Made by a program: the position numbers and the translations under genes
Shown here: piece by piece, positions 41,131-42,449 of the stretch
Position numbering within the stretch: position 1 is the first letter of the stretch
Layout: the number at the start of each line of letters is the position of its first letter
Origin: a virus
Length of the DNA: 42,449 nt
Direction: 5' to 3' (one strand)
Virus record (IMG/VR): IMGVR_UViG_3300045988_091463
Location: 1-42,449 of that record
Notes under the pieces: generated by a model
Seen by the model: only the letters and a program-made list of their open reading frames with translations
The model's database searches: none
What the model was told of the DNA's origin: nothing

Positions 41131-41490
41131 ATGCAAAAAGGAAAAAGGAATATGAAACCACAGAAGCTTACTGTTGTTGGTGGAAAGCGAAAGCAAGTAG
41201 ACTTTGATAGTCGAAGTGAAGAGTACAAGAACTATAACAAGATTAGATGGAACTATGATAAGAAGATAACAAGGTTCTACAATGATCCAGTCTGGAGAAG
41301 TACAAGTAAGTTGGTATTACTTCGTGATGGTGGTGTCTGTCAAATGTGTGGAGGAGAAGCGACGATGGTCGACCACATAATTCCAATTAAAAAGGATTGG
41401 AATCGAAGATTGGATCTTGACAATCTTCAAGCGAGTTGTAAAGCATGCAACGATGCTAAAGCTAATCGTGAGAATTATGGTAAAAAATAG
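41131..41490 (+). CDS. Packaging-associated HNH endonuclease
   Basis: The segment CQMCG...DHIIPIKKDW...NLQASCKACNDAK is an HNH motif. An alternative ATG lies at 41152. Confidence 0.85.
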   Translation: MQKGKRNMKPQKLTVVGGKRKQVDFDSRSEEYKNYNKIRWNYDKKITRFYNDPVWRSTSKLVLLRDGGVCQMCGGEATMVDHIIPIKKDWNRRLDLDNLQASCKACNDAKANRENYGKK

Positions 41491-41675
41491 CTTAAAAAAA
41501 GCGAACTATTCTACCTATGGTAGGCGCAGGGCGAGACAAATATTCGGAAATACCCCTTGTTTTTTTATCGGGGCTTGGTATCGTTCGTGTTCTACAACGC
41601 CGCCCTCTTCCGTGCGAAAAATTCCCTTTTTGAATTTTTGAAAGCTGAAAATTCTAATGTAAAGGAGGTGTCAAG
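41491..41675. other. Candidate cos region
   Basis: Non-coding gap between HNH and terS, containing the palindrome CTACCTATGGTAG and the GC-rich segment CGCCGCCCTCTTCCGTGCG. Confidence 0.35.
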
Positions 41676-42146
41676 TTGGGAAGAAAGTTAAAAGTAGTTG
41701 AGAATAACAAAAAACATTTGACTAAAGCTGAAAAAGCTGTACGTGTTGAAATCCAAAAATCGGCTGGCGACGGTTTAATTGAGCTACAATTAACACCTCC
41801 TAAACATTTAGGAGAAACAGCGAAAGTTGAATATGCTCGTATTGTTGAAGATTTAAAAAGTTTGCCAGTCCGTGATTTAGACAGGGCCGTTTTAGAAAAC
41901 TACTGTACATGGTACGGTATATATGTCGAAGCAAGTCAAAAAGTAAATGAAATAGGTATTTCTGTTTTTAGCGAAGATAAAGGCATGTGGATTCAGAATC
42001 CATTAGTTGTTACTCTTGAGAAAGCAACGAATAACATTAAATCATGTGCGGCTCAACTAGGTTTGACTGTTGATAGTCGCATGAAGATGTATGTGCCTAA
42101 GGCAGAAGAAAAGAAAGACGGTATATTTGATAAATTTGGAAATTAG
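41676..42146 (+). CDS. terS: Terminase small subunit (P27-family type)
   Basis: The TTG start follows AAGGAGGTG. The segments ..HLTKAEK.. and LENYCTWYGIYVEA are typical of P27-family TerS. Confidence 0.82.
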   Translation: MGRKLKVVENNKKHLTKAEKAVRVEIQKSAGDGLIELQLTPPKHLGETAKVEYARIVEDLKSLPVRDLDRAVLENYCTWYGIYVEASQKVNEIGISVFSEDKGMWIQNPLVVTLEKATNNIKSCAAQLGLTVDSRMKMYVPKAEEKKDGIFDKFGN

Positions 42147-42162
42147 CGGAGGTGAACGGAAA

Positions 42163-42387
42163 ATGAAGCGAGTAAAAGAATTCTCTATTAAAATAACAGA
42201 AGGTGATAGCTGTCCAATTGTGAAAATAGACGGAGAAGAAGTGCCCCACATTGCTAAAGTAAAATTTTGCTTCGAATCCGAAAACGCAATCGATGCACCG
42301 TGGGAAAATGGATTCTTTATTGAATTTTTTGACATTAATGATGGTAGAGGATTCAAAAGAACTCTCGGACAGTCGTTCCGTATTTAA
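42163..42387 (+). CDS. Unknown 74-aa protein encoded between terS and terL
   Basis: The ATG follows GCGGAGGTGA. The upstream extension in track ORF 42091 overlaps terS. Confidence 0.6.
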   Translation: MKRVKEFSIKITEGDSCPIVKIDGEEVPHIAKVKFCFESENAIDAPWENGFFIEFFDINDGRGFKRTLGQSFRI

Positions 42388-42394
42388 AAAAGAG

Positions 42395-42449
42395 AGGAGG
42401 TAATCAAAATAGCTTACGATTATGCAGAAATTCCTGAGCAGTATAGAGA
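42395..42449. repeat. Terminal overlap, identical to 1-55
   Basis: Direct comparison. Confidence 0.95.

Larger units (their letters stand above)
1..42394. mobile_element. Complete temperate siphovirus-like phage genome (circularly closed assembly)
   Basis: Full packaging, head, tail, lysis, integrase/repressor and replication modules. The window ends overlap by 55 nt. No host genes. Confidence 0.9.

Noticed and set aside
41417-41641. 74-aa plus-strand ORF spanning the HNH 3' end and the putative cos gap
   Set aside because: It overlaps the HNH gene out of frame, has no RBS, and crosses a region better explained as a packaging site.
1-42449. Diversity-generating retroelement, retron or other RT-based system targeting the repetitive fibre gene
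   Set aside because: No reverse-transcriptase-like ORF and no template/variable repeat pair were seen. The fibre repeats are ordinary in-frame module duplications.

Overview
The window is a complete temperate siphovirus-type phage genome. Bases 1-55 repeat at 42395-42449, so the unique length is 42,394 bp, closed as a circle with no host flanks. The low GC, a secreted GH25/LysM endolysin, an LL-H-type holin and an ArpU-like regulator point to a Lactobacillales host; the exact host is not determinable by eye. Module order on the + strand: TerL, portal, ClpP-like protease, HK97-like capsid, connectors, major tail, G/GT chaperone with a canonical A_AAA_AAG -1 slip site, tape measure, Dit, a 1830-aa Tal/fibre, two holin-like genes and the endolysin. 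A cargo island follows (21.35-25.0 kb), then attP and integrase (-), and the lysogeny switch: a DUF4352 membrane protein, a cI-type S24 repressor, a Zn-ribbon/DUF4145 gene and Cro-like HTHs. The replication module contains Sak4-like ATPase, SF2 helicase, DUF669, an inserted HNH homing endonuclease, PrimPol, a D5/P4 primase-helicase, an iteron-type ori and VRR-NUC. Small early genes follow, then a 583-bp ORF-free block with tRNA-like elements, the ArpU-like late activator, the packaging HNH, a putative cos region and TerS. The regions most worth follow-up are: (1) the ORF-free tRNA-like block at 40018-40600, a candidate large structured RNA; (2) the cargo island, which holds a Panacea (DUF4065) antitoxin-like gene with an unknown partner, two ORF-free blocks of about 0.5 kb dense with promoters, terminators and hairpins, and duplicated promoter-operator cassettes driving very acidic proteins; (3) a genetic switch split by an oppositely oriented Zn-ribbon/DUF4145 gene; (4) recoding candidates at the capsid 3' end, the terL start and an A8 tract. 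All functional calls rest on motif recognition and gene order. No database search was run.
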